A stretch of DNA of 64,000 bases from Cyanophora paradoxa CCMP329 (lineage: Eukaryota > Plantae > Glaucophyta): assembly GCA_004431415.1 (NCBI GenBank), contig QPMI01000165.1, positions 186,001 to 250,000 of the forward strand, given 5' to 3'. Positions 1-12,070 of the stretch are shown here, piece by piece (within the stretch, counting starts at the first letter, position 1; each line of letters opens with the position of its first letter). The notes beneath the pieces are model-generated. The model was given only the letters and a program-made list of their open reading frames with translations. It did not search any database and had not been told where the DNA came from. The position numbers were made by a program, and so were the translations under genes.

Positions 1-145
1 CCGCTCGAGGGGCCATTGGTCTGGATTGAAATCATCATGGAGGATGCGGGCCCCTCCATCAAAAGGCTTATCCAGGACAGGCAGATCAGCCTTGCTTCAT
101 CAGAGGGCACTGGAAGGGACCTCATGAGGAGCCTGGTGAGACGAT
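1..145 (+). pseudogene. Protein kinase internal fragment
   Basis: Frame 1 reads LVWIEIIMEDAGPSIKRLIQ, resembling kinase subdomain V; cut near 145. Confidence 0.4.
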
Positions 146-645
146 GGCCCCCTCCACACATCCGTTGAGCGGGCTGGAGCCCGGGGGGCAGCCGTTGGCA
201 CACGTGCCGTCCGTGGAGCAGATGGGCTTCCCCTGCCCCTCCGTGCACCCGTTCAGGGGGCTGGATCCGGGGGGGCAGCCGTTGGCACACCTGCCGTCGG
301 TCGAGCAGATGGGCCCCTCGGCGCATCCACTTAGGGGGCTGGAGCCGGGGGGGCAGCCGTTGGAACACCTGCCGTCTGTGGAGCAGATGGGCTTCCCCTG
401 CCCCTCTGCACACCCGTTCACGGGGCTGGAGCCGGGGGGGCAGCTGTTGGCGCACCTACCGTCGGTGGAGCAAACCGGTTTTCCCTGCCCCTCTGTGCAC
501 CCGTTCAGGGGGCTGGAGCCCGGGGGGCAGCCGTTGGCACACCTGCCGTCGGTTGAGCAAATGGGCTTCCCCTGTCCCTCTGCACACCCATTCACGGGGC
601 TGGAGCCCGGGGGGCAGCCGTTGGTGCACATGCCGTCGCATGTTG
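146..645 (-). repeat. Coding Cys-rich tandem repeat (87-bp/29-aa unit, about 6 copies), fragment of a surface protein
   Basis: Repeated CxNGCPPGSSPxNGCxEGQGKPICSTDGR. Confidence 0.85.
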
Positions 646-686
646 ATTGTCTGTCGCCCAGCGCTGAAAAAAAGTCGCACGTACAC

Positions 687-1225
687 CTAGGACCGCCACT
701 TGATCCGCTCCTGCAGGTCGCGTTCGTCGTCGATCGAGACGCCGCCCCCGTGCCACCGCCTGAGGATCTCGAGGGCCGGCCCGTCGTAGTAGCCGCTGGC
801 CAGCACGGAGCGCCGGACGTCGCGCGCTGTCACGCGGCTGAAGGCGTCGTGGACCGCCAGCGAGACGTTCAGGCGCCGCCGCCGCATCAGGGCGGAGATC
901 CTGCGCTTCACCTTGCCGAAGATGCGCTCGATCGGGTTGAACTGCGGCGAGTAGGGGGGCACGTAGTCCAGGGGGCTCGTCTGCTTGCCGTGGCGGTCAA
1001 GCCGCGGGCGGGGGTCCCGCCCCAGGAGGACGCGGGCGAGCTCCGGGATCGCCGGGTCGTTGGGGTTCGCCGCCGCCCTCGCCGGGATGCCCCCCACGAT
1101 CCCGTTCCAGTTGGCCTTCTTGTCGTGGTAGGAGGCCCCGTCCATGATCAGCACCTTCCCCTCGACGAACGACTGCGGGAGGACGCTCGCGATGAAGTCC
1201 CTGAACCACGGCTTCGTCTTGCTCA
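687..1225 (-). mobile_element. IS630/Tc1-mariner DDE transposase, C-terminal segment
   Basis: VLIMDGASYH and YVPPYSPQFNPIERIFGKVK motifs; the N-terminal part of ORF 687..1721 is an unrelated segment. Confidence 0.85.
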
Positions 1226-1721
1226 CGGGGTACCCGTAGTTGTCCTCCTTGTGTATCAGGAGGCGGGCCTTGCCCCTGCTCCAGCGCCGGTCGCGGCGGC
1301 CCGGCCTCGCCGCCTTCTGCCGCGACGCTGGGCTCATCCACTCGAACGGTTCTTTCTCCAGGAACATCTCCACCATCATCTTCCTGTCCATTTCGTCCAG
1401 CCGTTCGTCGGGGTCCGGGTTGCCCTCCTCTCCCCCCCTTGCGTGCTTCTTCACCCACATCATGGAGAGGAACTTCCGGACGTTGCCGATCGGGAACGGC
1501 CGCCCCGGCCGCCTCTTTCTCAGCTGCTGCAGCACCCATTCGCGGTTATTCCGTGCCCACCCCGTCACCACCGCCGCCTGCCCGGCGTCCTCGGAGGGGG
1601 GCTGGGGCACATTCTGTGGCTTCACCTCATCCCCGCTGCCGGTGCCGGCGCCTACATGCTCCCCGACAAGACCGCCGTCGCTCCTGTTCCGGTTTGCCAC
1701 CGGCACCTCAAGTTCTGCCAT
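1223..1721 (-). pseudogene. Hypothetical gene 5' segment; continues at 17289 (+)
   Basis: Ends YGYPV; 7-bp overlap CCCGTGA with 17289-17295 gives YGYPVTSEVTGK in frame. Confidence 0.6.
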
Positions 1722-1749
1722 GGCATATCCTCCCTCACTTTCTCACAGG

Positions 1750-1960
1750 TAAAGGGCGCTGCTGTCCTGGCCACGTTGGAGGCCGCCCTGGCACGTGTTC
1801 GCAAGGTCGACATCCACGGGCGCACGTGGATCTCTGCGTTGGACTGGTGCGCGGAGATTGCAGGCGGAGAGCACACAAACCCTTCGAAGATCTGGCACGA
1901 CATGAAGGACAAGGTGAAGGTGAGTGAAGTTTCATGTATCCCCCTCAAGTACCTAGGAGC
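1750..1960 (+). pseudogene. Bro-N-like DNA-binding domain fragment
   Basis: RVRKVDIHGRTWISALDW...NPSKIW pattern. Confidence 0.4.
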
Positions 1961-2073
1961 CCGGTCGAGGCGACCTAACTTTTTAGAAGACACTTAGCAG
2001 CGAGCTCTTAGGTACCTCTTTAGCTCGCCGGCCGCCGCCGCTGCCGCGACCGCCGCCGCCCGCCTGACGCGGC

Positions 2074-2600
2074 TCGCCTGCACGGAAGACCACCCCCCTG
2101 GAATTGCACTCGATGGTGACGGCATCGGCGATCGACTTCATGTCACGGATGTTGTGCTGGAAGTCGACGGCGTTCATGTTGATGACGAACTCGAACTCAC
2201 GCTCGGGGATCTCCAGCTGCTCCTCGTCGATGTCCATCAGGCACAGGGAGTATACCTTGTCGATGTTCTTGTCCTCGTTCCTGATGCGGATCTCGAGCTC
2301 GGGCGTCGCAGGGTCATACGCCAGCGTGAGGACCTCATTGACGGCGACCGTCTTGATGATGGCGTGGAGGTTCATCATGTTCAGCCCGAGGACATGGTTC
2401 CCAACACACGTGTACTCCTCGATGTTGTCCTTGGGGAGCGAGACGTACACAAGGCAGACGTGGGCGCTGTCCATCGCCGCCACGCGCACCCCCTCCTCCC
2501 CAAAGGTCATGTTCACCTCCGTGACAATGTCCTTGACGGCCTCGACCAGGCTCTTCACCGCCTGGACCTGCGTCGTACGGAAGACGAATCCGCGGGCCAT
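2074..2600 (-). pseudogene. PCNA: PCNA sliding clamp, 5' segment (about 175 aa)
   Basis: KSLVEAVKDIVTEVN...AMDSAHVCLVYVSL...YSLCLMDIDEEQLEIP; cut after VVFRA. Confidence 0.92.
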
Positions 2601-2920
2601 CTAGAAGATCTGCGGAACGGGAGCAGGGGCATCAGCCGCCGCCGGGAAATATTGTCGGTCATCTGCATCTATATCGAATGAGCGGCCTCCTAGCGCTGCC
2701 CCCCCGGTACGCCGCCGCCGCGTCCGTGCCTGCCATCGTCCCGGACCCCGCGCAGATCGGCACAGGCCTGTCGGCTGATCGCCGCAGTCGGGCCGGTCGG
2801 TCCGCCCTGCTCACAGCCCGGGGGTACGTGAATGGCCGGCTGCAGTCGCCCCCCCCCCGGTCCGCCCGCCGGTGCGCTTTAAATTTAATTTCTTGGGGTT
2901 TAATAAAATCATGATCAGCT

Positions 2921-3295
2921 ATGACATACACCCAGCCGCAGCTCCGTGCTTTAAGTCAAAGAAGGTATCGGGCCCTCCATTACGCATACGAGCGAAGGAT
3001 ACGCGAGGCATACGAGCGAGGTGTACAAGAAGGGCGGATGGTAAGAAGAAGAACCCCCCAGGAAATCTCACTGGCTGCACGGCGGGCGCTTCACCGGGAT
3101 TTAGCTGAGAACCGCCTGAGCGTCTACAACTACGAGGCGGTCCAAGCAATGATGGCGGATGATGACGAACATCCTGCCGACCTGGAGTACAACGACGTAT
3201 TTCTAGAACAAATAGCAGAAGCCAACGGAGTTGGAGCGGATCGGTCATTCCAGCGCGTCCGGCGCACCCCTCCAACTGAGTGCGTCCTCCAATAG
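2921..3295 (+). CDS. Small hypothetical protein, apparently intact
   Basis: ATG-to-stop ORF after an AT-rich promoter-like stretch at 2878-2920. Confidence 0.65.
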   Translation: MTYTQPQLRALSQRRYRALHYAYERRIREAYERGVQEGRMVRRRTPQEISLAARRALHRDLAENRLSVYNYEAVQAMMADDDEHPADLEYNDVFLEQIAEANGVGADRSFQRVRRTPPTECVLQ

Positions 3296-3421
3296 TCAGT
3301 CGGCGCTGCTCTTGCTGCTCATCTGTTGCGCGCACAGGACGATCATCACCGGGTCGGTCGGTCGGAGGCACACAGGGGTACGCGAATTTTTTCCTGGGGT
3401 GTACACGTATCGACGACGACG

Positions 3422-3790
3422 ATGACGCACCTAGAAGGCCTGCCGCTTGGGCTCGTCGGTTCCATATCGGATCGCCTCCCGTACGAGAGTGCAAGCAACC
3501 TGTCGGCCACGAGCTCGCGTATGCGTGCAGAGGTGCGCCCGAACCTCCACAACCGGCAAGTGAAGAGTGGGTTGTTCAGCCTCCCTTACCGACTTGTTGA
3601 GCGCGAGATCCTCCCCAGGCTTGACATCGACGACCTCCAGCGACTCTCAAATGTGAACAGGCGCACGCGCACACTGGTCGGGCCCGAGGCGGCCGCGGCG
3701 AAGGCGTGGGAGGACCTCCGAGCTCTTGATGCGTGGGCCGTGTGCAAGTCTCTCCGCGCGGCGGTGAGCAGTTTTGGCGGCAGCCGCGGT
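3422..3790 (+). pseudogene. Tandem F-box protein, 5' segment
   Basis: LEGLPLGLVGSISDRL and LFSLPYRLVEREILPRL...LSNVNR. Confidence 0.6.
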
Positions 3791-3825
3791 TCATTGCTGC
3801 ATCATGCTGAGCGGCCTGCCGCCAG

Positions 3826-4068
3826 ATCGTGCTCGCGGAGTGCCTGCCTCGCAAGGCCACCGTCTGGGTCCACCCGGACCCCGAGGAGTCGAACTGGGGC
3901 TCCCGCGCGCGGTACTTCAGGTTCGTTCGGTCGCCTGCGCGCACCTGCGCGCCTGCCCTGGAATGTGCGGCCGCAGGTACGAGCAGAAGCTCGGGACCGC
4001 CGGCGACCTGGAGCAGCACGAGTACATCGACGAGGACAAGCACTTCGGGTCGAACTACCAGCTGGCCG
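3826..4068 (+). pseudogene. Hypothetical gene segment with a 56-nt intron (3921-3976)
   Basis: Removing GTTCGT...CCGCAG joins RYFR to YEQKL in the GC3-rich frame. Confidence 0.6.
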
Positions 4069-5830
4069 GCCGGGAGGCTGTCCCGGCCGGGCGGCTCGAG
4101 CGCGCCCGCGAGGCCGTCAAGGCCCTCCTCGTTGAAGGCAAGGCCCGCTTCACGCCTCGCGTCCGCTCCTTCGCCGAGAGGGCCCTCCGCGCCGCCGGCC
4201 CGGCGGGGCGCGTCACCGAGCGCCGCTCGGACGACTTTGTCTGGCCCGAGAGCACCTGCACGGGGGCCATCGTGGTGCGGCCCGGCCGGTGCGCATGCGG
4301 CGGCTGCGGCATCGGCAACGTGCTCAACGTGGTGCTGGTGGAGGAGCTCGGCCCCACCGACGACGTGAAGAGCAACGTGGTGGGCATGTACGCCCGCAGC
4401 TCCTCCAAGGTGAACTACACCGACCAGTTCCGCAAGCTGGGCGGCACGCTCGCGTTCGAGATGCACGGCAGTGACTAGCTAGAGTTGTCTGTCTGTGCTT
4501 GAATGTATGGTGCCTCACTGCCACTCTTCGGGCGCCTTCTCGTACCGATGGGGCCCTACTTCGTCGGGTGGCGGCCGGCGGAACCCGTAGGGCAGGCTCG
4601 GGACGTAGTCGTATACGTTACTACCGCTCAGGTAGGAGGGGCGGCTCTTGTAATCAGGGCCGCCGGCGCCCCCCATCCTCTCGGCGTCGCCCTGGTCGCC
4701 CAGCCAGGCGTGCGGCCCAAGGATCCGAATAGCGGCGTCGAGGCGCGCCCGGACTTCGTCGTCCAATCTCCGCCCCTCGAGCATGGCCCTAGCCTCTCTC
4801 AGCGACCTCAGGTTGCCCGCAGTCGGGTAAAGCACCCACGCCTGGTACGCGTTCTGGGCCCTGCGAAAGAGCTCCATGCCCGCCCTGTCCAGCGGGTTCC
4901 CGGGGGCGCGCGGAGGCCCGTCGAACCTCTCCCGATACCGCTCCCGGACCCCCTCAGGCCGCTCGCCGCCGCCGTGCTGGCACCGGCCAACGGCCCGAGT
5001 GGCCCCTCCAGCTGGCTCGAGGCTGCCAGCGCGACGACCCGGGCCGTGCTGGAGACATGGCGGCGCCTGCGCGACAACATGGTCGCGCTCGTCGAGAAGG
5101 GCGATGCCACCGCCGAGGACGCCCAGTACCTGCCGGCCGTCTGGAACACCGTCTGCGAGGCCCGCCTGCCGCCGATGGTGGCGGGGCTCGTGGAGGCGGC
5201 CGGTGGCGACGTCGAGGCATGCGGCCGCCTCTGGGCCCTCGCGCGGATCGGGGCCTCCGAGCTGTACGAGTTCCTCGACGCGTTCGGCGCCGACGACGAG
5301 GAGGAGGAGGAGGAGGAGGAGAAGGAGGGCCGCCGGGGGACGGGATCCTCCGCGATGGGCAATGGGCTCGTCCGGTGGACCAGCCCGAATGTCGGCAAGA
5401 TGTTCTCCCCGCCGGCCACTGCGGTCATCAGCGCCGTTGCCGTCTACCTCATCTCAGACTTCTTCACCATCAACTTTGGCGATTCGCCACACCCTTTCAC
5501 CGAACTCTTCGCTCGACATGTACAGTGGGCCGTGCACGCGCCCGATGCCGCTGCCGAAGGGGGCGAGCTCGGAGTAGGCGTCCCCGATAGCCCTGGCCGC
5601 AACGGCCCTGGGCTCCTGCAGAAGTCTCTCTATCGCAATCACGGTCTCATCCACAAACTCCTCGCAAAAGTCTCTAAACCCGTCGGCCGGGGCCCCGTGC
5701 GCCTGCAAGTGGGCCTGCATGCGCCTGCTGACCGCCCGCAGCTCGTCCAGCTGCCCCGGCGATGCCTTGCTCCATTGCGTGAGGGGTCGTTATTAGTGTG
5801 GTCACAAAAAAGTGACCGACCCCCTACCCC

Positions 5831-6103
5831 CTACGCAAACCGAATCACGACGAGCCCGTTGCTGCCATAGGCGTGGTTTGGACCGCCCACGCCCGCCGCT
5901 TCGACGTAGTCGCCGTCCTCCTGCATGGGGGGCACCCTGCGATTTCCGGTCACGGTGTAGCCCTGGGTCACCCCGGCGCCTCCGATAAAGCCCGAGCCGC
6001 CCGAGGCCCCCGACCAGCTCGAGCCGCCGCCGAAGTAGCCGCCGCCGCCGCCGGCCACCCAGCTGGTGTTCGGCCAGCTGCCGCCCAGGTAGGCGGAGCC
6101 CGC
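5831..6103 (-). pseudogene. Gly-rich domain protein, 3' segment
   Basis: GGGGGYFGGG...GGSGFI...GSNGLVVIRFA*; preceded by segment 17441-17635. Confidence 0.8.
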
Positions 6104-6229
6104 GTCAAGGAGGAGGAGCCCATTGGCTGCACGTACGAGCACGTGCACTGCCTCCTGAGGAGCGCGGCCAAACACGGGCTCCCCCTCCCCGCCGAGGTCA
6201 ACTACGTCGACGGCGCCTGGCTCGGTCCG

Positions 6230-6575
6230 GCCCCCTCCTGGTCTCCCTCCTCTTGCACTATGCGTTCTTTGTGTTCCTCCACCTCTTCCCCCTGTGGGCC
6301 CTGTTCAGGCGCTGGCCCGGCCGGCGGCCCTACCTCCTCCACGCCGCGATCACCCTGGCCGTAGTGGTCCAGCATGTGGCCCTCGACAACCGCTGCCTCT
6401 GGACCGAGCTCGAGACCCGGCTGAACGGGGGCCGGCCAGTCCCATTCGTCTACGAGCACCTCAAAAAGATCGGCCTCATCGGCAGGGACGTGACCAAGGG
6501 CCAGTTCTTCCGGTTCGGCCGCGGCCTCCTCCTCTTCCTCGTGACCGTCGATGTCGTCGCCATCGGACTCGCTGC
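6230..6575 (+). pseudogene. Small membrane protein fragment (DUF2784-like)
   Basis: Hydrophobic helices followed by RCLWTELETRL. Confidence 0.45.
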
Positions 6576-7022
6576 TCGTCGAGCGCCTCTTCCGGCCCCT
6601 GCTCCAGGCGGCGCTCGAGGACCCCGCCGTGCGGATGCAGATCGCCGCCGCAGTGGCCGATATCGTGCGGACTAGCCCCGAGGTCCGGGCCGCCGCCGCC
6701 GACGTCGTCCGCGCGGCGCTGGCGGGCCTGTCGTCGAGGTGAACCAGGCCGAGCGTGGGCCCGGCTCCCCTTCCCCTTGGCCTTGGTAGACCCGTCAGAT
6801 CGCCGACGCCCGGTCGCGCCTCGCGAACCGCACCACCACGCCCTCCAGGAGCACGCCGCCGGATGCGATGCAGCTCCTCCCGAGCGACATCAGGGACGAC
6901 TGGATCGCGTACCGCAACTCCTACCCGCCCGTACTTGGCCGGCCCGCGCATGTGCTGTTCAACACGATATAGGCGCCCCGTACCCCCCCCCTCCCAGACC
7001 GTCCGCGCGCGCCCGGGGCGAG

Positions 7023-7620
7023 ATGGAGACCGCCGCCGCCTCCTCCTCCCACGGCGCCGGCGTGGCGCTCTCCCCTTCGTCGTCATCCTCGTACGTGTCT
7101 GCGGCCGCCTCGCCGGCGACGCCGGCGTCGTCGGACTCGGACTCGCCCGGCCCGCTCGAGCGCCGCCGCCGCCGCCGCAGGGCGCGCGAGTCGTCGCCGA
7201 CGCTCCTCACACCGGCGCTCGCCAAGTGCGCGCGCACCCTGCGCTTCGGGGAGGCGGCGGCCGGTAGTGCTAGTACCGGCGCCGCCCTCCTCAACCTCAA
7301 CCTGCTGGACCTCCCCGACGAGCTCCTCGCGCACATCATGCGCTTCGTCTGCCACCACCCTGCGGGCACCCTGCGCGGCGCCCTGGGCCTGCGCCTCGTC
7401 TCGCCCCGGCTCTTTGGCGTCGCGTCGCGCGCCGGCTGCGTCCTCGGCCCGGGCCGCGCCCTCGCCGTGGACGTGTCCACGGTGGCCCAGGAGTACCTGC
7501 GGCGGGGCATGTGGGCCGCGCCGGCCGGGGTGGTCTCGCCCCACGAGCGCCTCCGCGCCCTCGTCGCGGCGATCTGCGCCGGCCGCGGCCGCGGGGAGCC
7601 GGTCGAGCTCTGCATCCGCA
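7023..7620 (+). pseudogene. F-box protein 5' segment; continues at 28117
   Basis: LLDLPDELLAHIMRFV; 9-bp overlap GCATCCGCA. Confidence 0.75.
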
Positions 7621-8495
7621 GCCCGACCATCGCCCGGTCCCCGCTCGCGGCCCGCGAGCTGGTACGAGACGCGCAGGCGGCGCAGGTCATGGGCGTGTTC
7701 GCCGCCGCCGGCCGCCCCACCGTGGTCCAGCAGGCGCTCCAGCCGGTCGCGGACCGCCTGCAGCAGGTGCGGGTGGAGCCTGGCCAGGTCGGAAGCGCTG
7801 GCCTCGCCCGGGATGCATGATTTCTTGACGCTCATCACGCGCTCCATGGTCAGGCGCTGCGTATGCGTACGTAAGAGAGGGCGGCGCGGGCGGCCGATCG
7901 GTGCGCGCAGGGCCGCACCTTTGCGCGGGCCTCCCAATCGCGGTCGGTCAGGCCGATCACCGTGCGCGCGAGCGCGGCGACCTCTTCCGGGATCGGGGGG
8001 CTCCCCGGCTCCATGATCGCATGCTCGCTCTCCTCGAGCTCGTGATGCAGCTGCAGGTCGATGATCGTCATCACGTGGGCGGCCATGGTCGGTCCGGGTC
8101 TGGTCGGGCGGGGGGTACACCCATGGCGCCCCGGATCGATCATGTCGTAAGGTTGCTTGCTTGCTTGCTTGCTGGCTTGCAATCATTGCACTGCCGCTGG
8201 CCGGCTGACGGCAGTGGCGCGCCTCAGGGACCGACTCTTCAAGTCGGTGGAGAAGGTTGGACGGTATGCATGCGTGTGCCTGTGCGCGCGCGGCGCGGCG
8301 CGGATCGCACGGCTGACCCGGGATGAGCCCGTACTCGGCGGCGGCCGCCGCCGGCAAAGCGCAAGCGGCCGGGCGGGAGTGCTCCGGACTATGGCCGCCA
8401 AGCGCAAGCGGCCGGGCGGGAGTGCTACTTCAGATTGAATATCAAAACCAATCGCGTCACCTGTATCTCCCACTATTTCCCAGCCCATATTAACC

Positions 8496-8798
8496 ATGAC
8501 CGCAACCGTCTTCATCGTCTCAAAGCTCTACTCCTACTCCTTGCCCCTTGGTGTCTACAAAACCTTCGCAGAGGCCCGCACCAGGGTAAAAGAGCTTGCA
8601 AAGAGCAGCGAGGACACTTTCATCGTCCTGTGTGCCATGGTGGGTGGCAGTGGGATCCGGGAGGTGGCAAGGAACGAGGTGCGGAAGGTTCGCGCGTGGT
8701 TGATGCACGGAGAGGACACAAAGGGCGAGACAGGCAGCGAGGATCCTGAGAACACTGAAGGCCCCGAGATCCGTGAGGAGACCCACGACGACGAGTAG
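8496..8798 (+). CDS. Small hypothetical protein
   Basis: Intact ORF after an AT-richer upstream region. Confidence 0.6.
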   Translation: MTATVFIVSKLYSYSLPLGVYKTFAEARTRVKELAKSSEDTFIVLCAMVGGSGIREVARNEVRKVRAWLMHGEDTKGETGSEDPENTEGPEIREETHDDE

Positions 8799-8839
8799 GC
8801 GGCCCGTGGGCGTCCTCTGTACATATATTGTAGCAGCCT

Positions 8840-9057
8840 CTACTCGCCTGCGCGCGGCCCCGGGGGGAGGCGCCGGAGGGAGAGGGCGTTTAAGACGGCC
8901 GCGTATAGGAGCCAGGTACCGTAGGGGATGGTGCAGAAGCGCAGGCGGTGGCCGGTGAGGCGGTCGATCTCGTAGAGGGTCCAGAGCATCGCCAGGATGA
9001 GCACGAGGGCGGGGCCGGGGCGCCGCGCGGCGAAGAAGGTCGGGGTCCAGGCGTAGT
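8840..9057 (-). pseudogene. tspO: TspO/MBR protein, 3' segment
   Basis: YAWTPTFF...ALVLILAML...IPYGTWLLYAAVLN. Confidence 0.85.
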
Positions 9058-9923
9058 GGGTAGGTCGTACGTGGGGATGATCTGGAACGGGCGCCCGGCC
9101 TTGAGCTCCTCCATGGCGCGCACGGCGAGGGGCACCTCCCATGGGTTCGGCCTCGGCGGCGGCGGCCGCAGGCCCCGCGCGGCCGCCGCGGGGTTCACCG
9201 CCCAGGCAAAGTGGCGGGGCGACCCTGGGGGAGAGCTCAGCTCCCCTAGCAGGACCATGTGCAGTAGTTGTTCTTCTGTCTGTTGAACGAACGCGCTTGA
9301 AAATATTTCCAGGGTGCCCCCTGCACAATCGGGCGACGGGCTAGGGCGCCTGAGGTCCCCCCCCAGTAGGCGCGGCGCTCCTGCACAACCGCCTCGTCCA
9401 TGCGGGACAGGGACGCCGATATCTCGTCACGCAGACGCTCCAGGGCCACGTACGTCGCCTTGCGCATCCTGTGCCTGGCAAACGCGTACGGTATGGCCGG
9501 CAGCAGCCAGCCCCGCCTCTCGTGCCCCACTACGCCGCCGCCCTTGCGGTACTCGTTGATGAGCTCCGCCGCCGCCCCTGCCGCCGCTGGAGGGGCCGCC
9601 GCTGCAGGGGCTGGCCCCGCCGCCGCCCCTGCCGCCGCTGTCGACCAGCAGCCCCCCGGCCCTGTACCCGAGGACGACTACAGCGCCTCGACGGCCCTCT
9701 TGATCCCCGACGGCAGCGCCCAGGCCCCGCGCCTCGCTGATCGCCCCGACCTCTCCAACCTCGGGGCCCGCGATGAGCTGGCCGGCGCCGCCCCGGCGCC
9801 CGACGTGATGCACGACGCCGCCGACGCGCTGCGCGCCGCGTTCCGGCCGCTGCCGGCGCCCCGTGAGGTGCGTGACGAGCCCGTCGGGTCGGTCCGCGAG
9901 CTCTCGCACCTGGCCCCGTCGTA

Positions 9924-10036
9924 CGACCCTGACCTCGGAGGACGCCGCCCGTGGCGACGAGGTCTTCTCTGTCACCGTCCGCTACCGCCCGGGGCCAGGC
10001 CAGGACGCCGCCTCACTTGCCCCGGCCGGCGACCTC
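9924..10036 (+). pseudogene. Segment 5 of the seven-piece gene
   Basis: Pointers CGACCCT (9924-9930) and GCGACCTC (10029-10036). Confidence 0.8.
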
Positions 10037-10675
10037 GGCGCGCCGGAGGGCGTGCTCGGCGGGGCGGAGGGCCTCGATCCGCCGCAGCCGGTCCCGGATC
10101 CCCTCGGGCCCCAGGGCCCGCAGCAGCTCGGGGACCTCGCGCAGGCTCGCGGTGAGCTCCGCCACCTCGAGGGCGAGCCTGTCAAACTCCGCCCTCACCT
10201 CGAACTCCTCGAGCAGGGCGAACTTCGACGGCAGCACGGGCTCGAGCAGGGCGAGGAGCTCGGGGTCCCGCCCCGTCAGTGCCCGCACCCTACCCATGAA
10301 CTCAAGGGCCCCGATGCGGCGCGCCTCCATCTCCTCCATGCTCCTGCACAGGTCCGCAACGTCGCCCTCGGGGAGCGTGGCCCGCGCCCTTGCCGCGAAC
10401 CGATCCATGCTCACTAGCTGCAGGCGGCCCAGCAGGTCCCCCACCGTGTCCGAGTCCGCCCGCTGATTCGCACCGGGGCTCGTGCCCCCTTTTCTACTAC
10501 CGCTGATACCTACACCACGGGCGCCAGTGGTGGCCCCCGCTGTCGTCGTCAGCGGGGCCGCCGCCGCTGGCGGCGCCCTGAGAGCCCCCCCTCCCCGTTC
10601 GGGGGCCGCGGTCGAGGAACGCCCACCATCCCCCTGCGCATGCCTTGTTGAGGCAGTACTGTTAACCGCGCTCAT
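10030..10675 (-). pseudogene. Helical protein 5' segment with a PAH-like stretch
   Basis: RVRALTGRDPELLALLEPVLP followed by coiled coil. Confidence 0.35.
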
Positions 10676-10741
10676 TGTGACCCACGCCCCCCCCCCTGCT
10701 CCCTGAATGCGAAATCCATTCTCCCATACAAAACGCGAGGA

Positions 10742-11008
10742 CTACACCAGGTACACCGTCGCACGGAGGGGCCCTGCCTGCACGCCCAGAGCCCGGCGCC
10801 CGTCCAAGGACAACGAGGAGAGGGACAGGAGCCCCGAGGCGCGGCCGCGCGCTGGGATCCGAGAGTACTCCTCCAGCACGCCGTAGCCGCTGTCGGCGCC
10901 CCGCTGCAGGGTCCCCGTCCTGCTCCAGGCGCCAAGGGCCCCCTCCCCGCTCGACGTGTCCCAGCAGAGGACCGCCCGGGGCGGCCGAAGCTGATGGCGT
11001 GCACCTCG
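10742..11008 (-). pseudogene. Segment 7 (3' end) of the seven-piece gene
   Basis: Pointer CGAGGTGCAC; ends RATVYLV-TAG; needs +1 nt near 10975. Confidence 0.75.
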
Positions 11009-11619
11009 CGCCGACCGACATCGGCCTCGCCGCCGAGGAGACGGGGCGCGTTTTCCTCGACTGCGCCGTCAAGAGTGCCTCGGGCGAGCTCGTCGTCCTG
11101 GAGCGCGGCTGGGCGCGCGGCCGCGACCGGTACCGCCTCTTCTGCACGCGGGTGCGGCTCTCCTGGGACGGGGGCGTCGGCGACGCCGATCTGCACTCGC
11201 GGGCACGCCCGACCCTCTCCGGCGAGGCCGTCGCGGTCGTGCCCCTCGCGGCCCCCGAGGGCCACGACCTGGTCGTCGTGGGGAGCCGCAACCGCGTCAT
11301 GGCCGAGTGCCGCGCCGGGACGGCGGCGTTCGCGAGCCTGCGGCCGGCCCCCGGCAGCCGCGGGGCCGTCGGGCGCCTCGCCAACTCGTGGAGCGAGGGG
11401 ACGTGCGCCGCGCTCGCCGACGGGACCCTCGTGCAGGCCATCGACGCGGGGGGCGCGACGATCCTGCGGGAGCTGGCTCGTGGGGACGGGAGCCTCCTCC
11501 TCTCCGAGACGGGCTTCGTCGTCAACCAGCCGCTCTCGGACGACGAGCTGGCGGTCGTACTCGGGGCGGACGGCAGGGTCGCGACGCTCGTCGCGCCGAA
11601 CCAGGAGACCGCGGTGGTC
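11005..11619 (+). pseudogene. Segment 3 of the seven-piece gene
   Basis: Pointers CTCGCGCC (11005-11012) and GGTC (11616-11619). Confidence 0.75.
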
Positions 11620-11960
11620 GTGGGACGGGCGGCGGGACGTAAGGTGGCGGTGCGGGCGGCGGGACGGGCGACGGCGCCTGAGGCGGGACGGGCACGTAAG
11701 GTGGCGGTGCGGGGGGGAGAGCCGCCTGCATTATACTGCCTGCGGCACATGGAAAATTCTAGCGCCCCTGGTACGGCGGCCCCGTCAACATGGCCGGCTC
11801 CTCTGTTCTCCTAGCCGCCGCGTACGCCGTGCTGGCGATCGCGGCGATCCTGGTCTGCGCCGGCCTGTACCTCGCGCTGGCGCTGAGCCCCCCGAGCTCC
11901 AGGCGGCGATGTAGTGTCTGTATTTGTAAGAACGAACAAAGACCGTTTTTCTTTCCTGCT

Positions 11961-12070
11961 CTACGCGCCAACGCGAATCACGACGAGGCCGTTGCCGCCA
12001 AATTTGTGGTGCGGGCCCCCCACGGCCACCCCGTCGATGTAGTCCTCGTCCCCCGTCTTGGGCAGAAGGT
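11961..12070 (-). pseudogene. Gly-rich protein paralogue, 3' end
   Basis: DEDYIDGVAVGGPHHKFGGNGLVVIRV, paralogous to 5831-5920. Confidence 0.75.

Noticed and set aside
146-645. CRISPR-like array
   Set aside because: The units are contiguous 87-bp coding repeats with synonymous variation and no spacers; the same applies to 32722-33383.
4058-5015. 9-bp end match CCAGCTGGC
   Set aside because: Out of frame with the GC3-supported frame; this shows that chance matches do occur.
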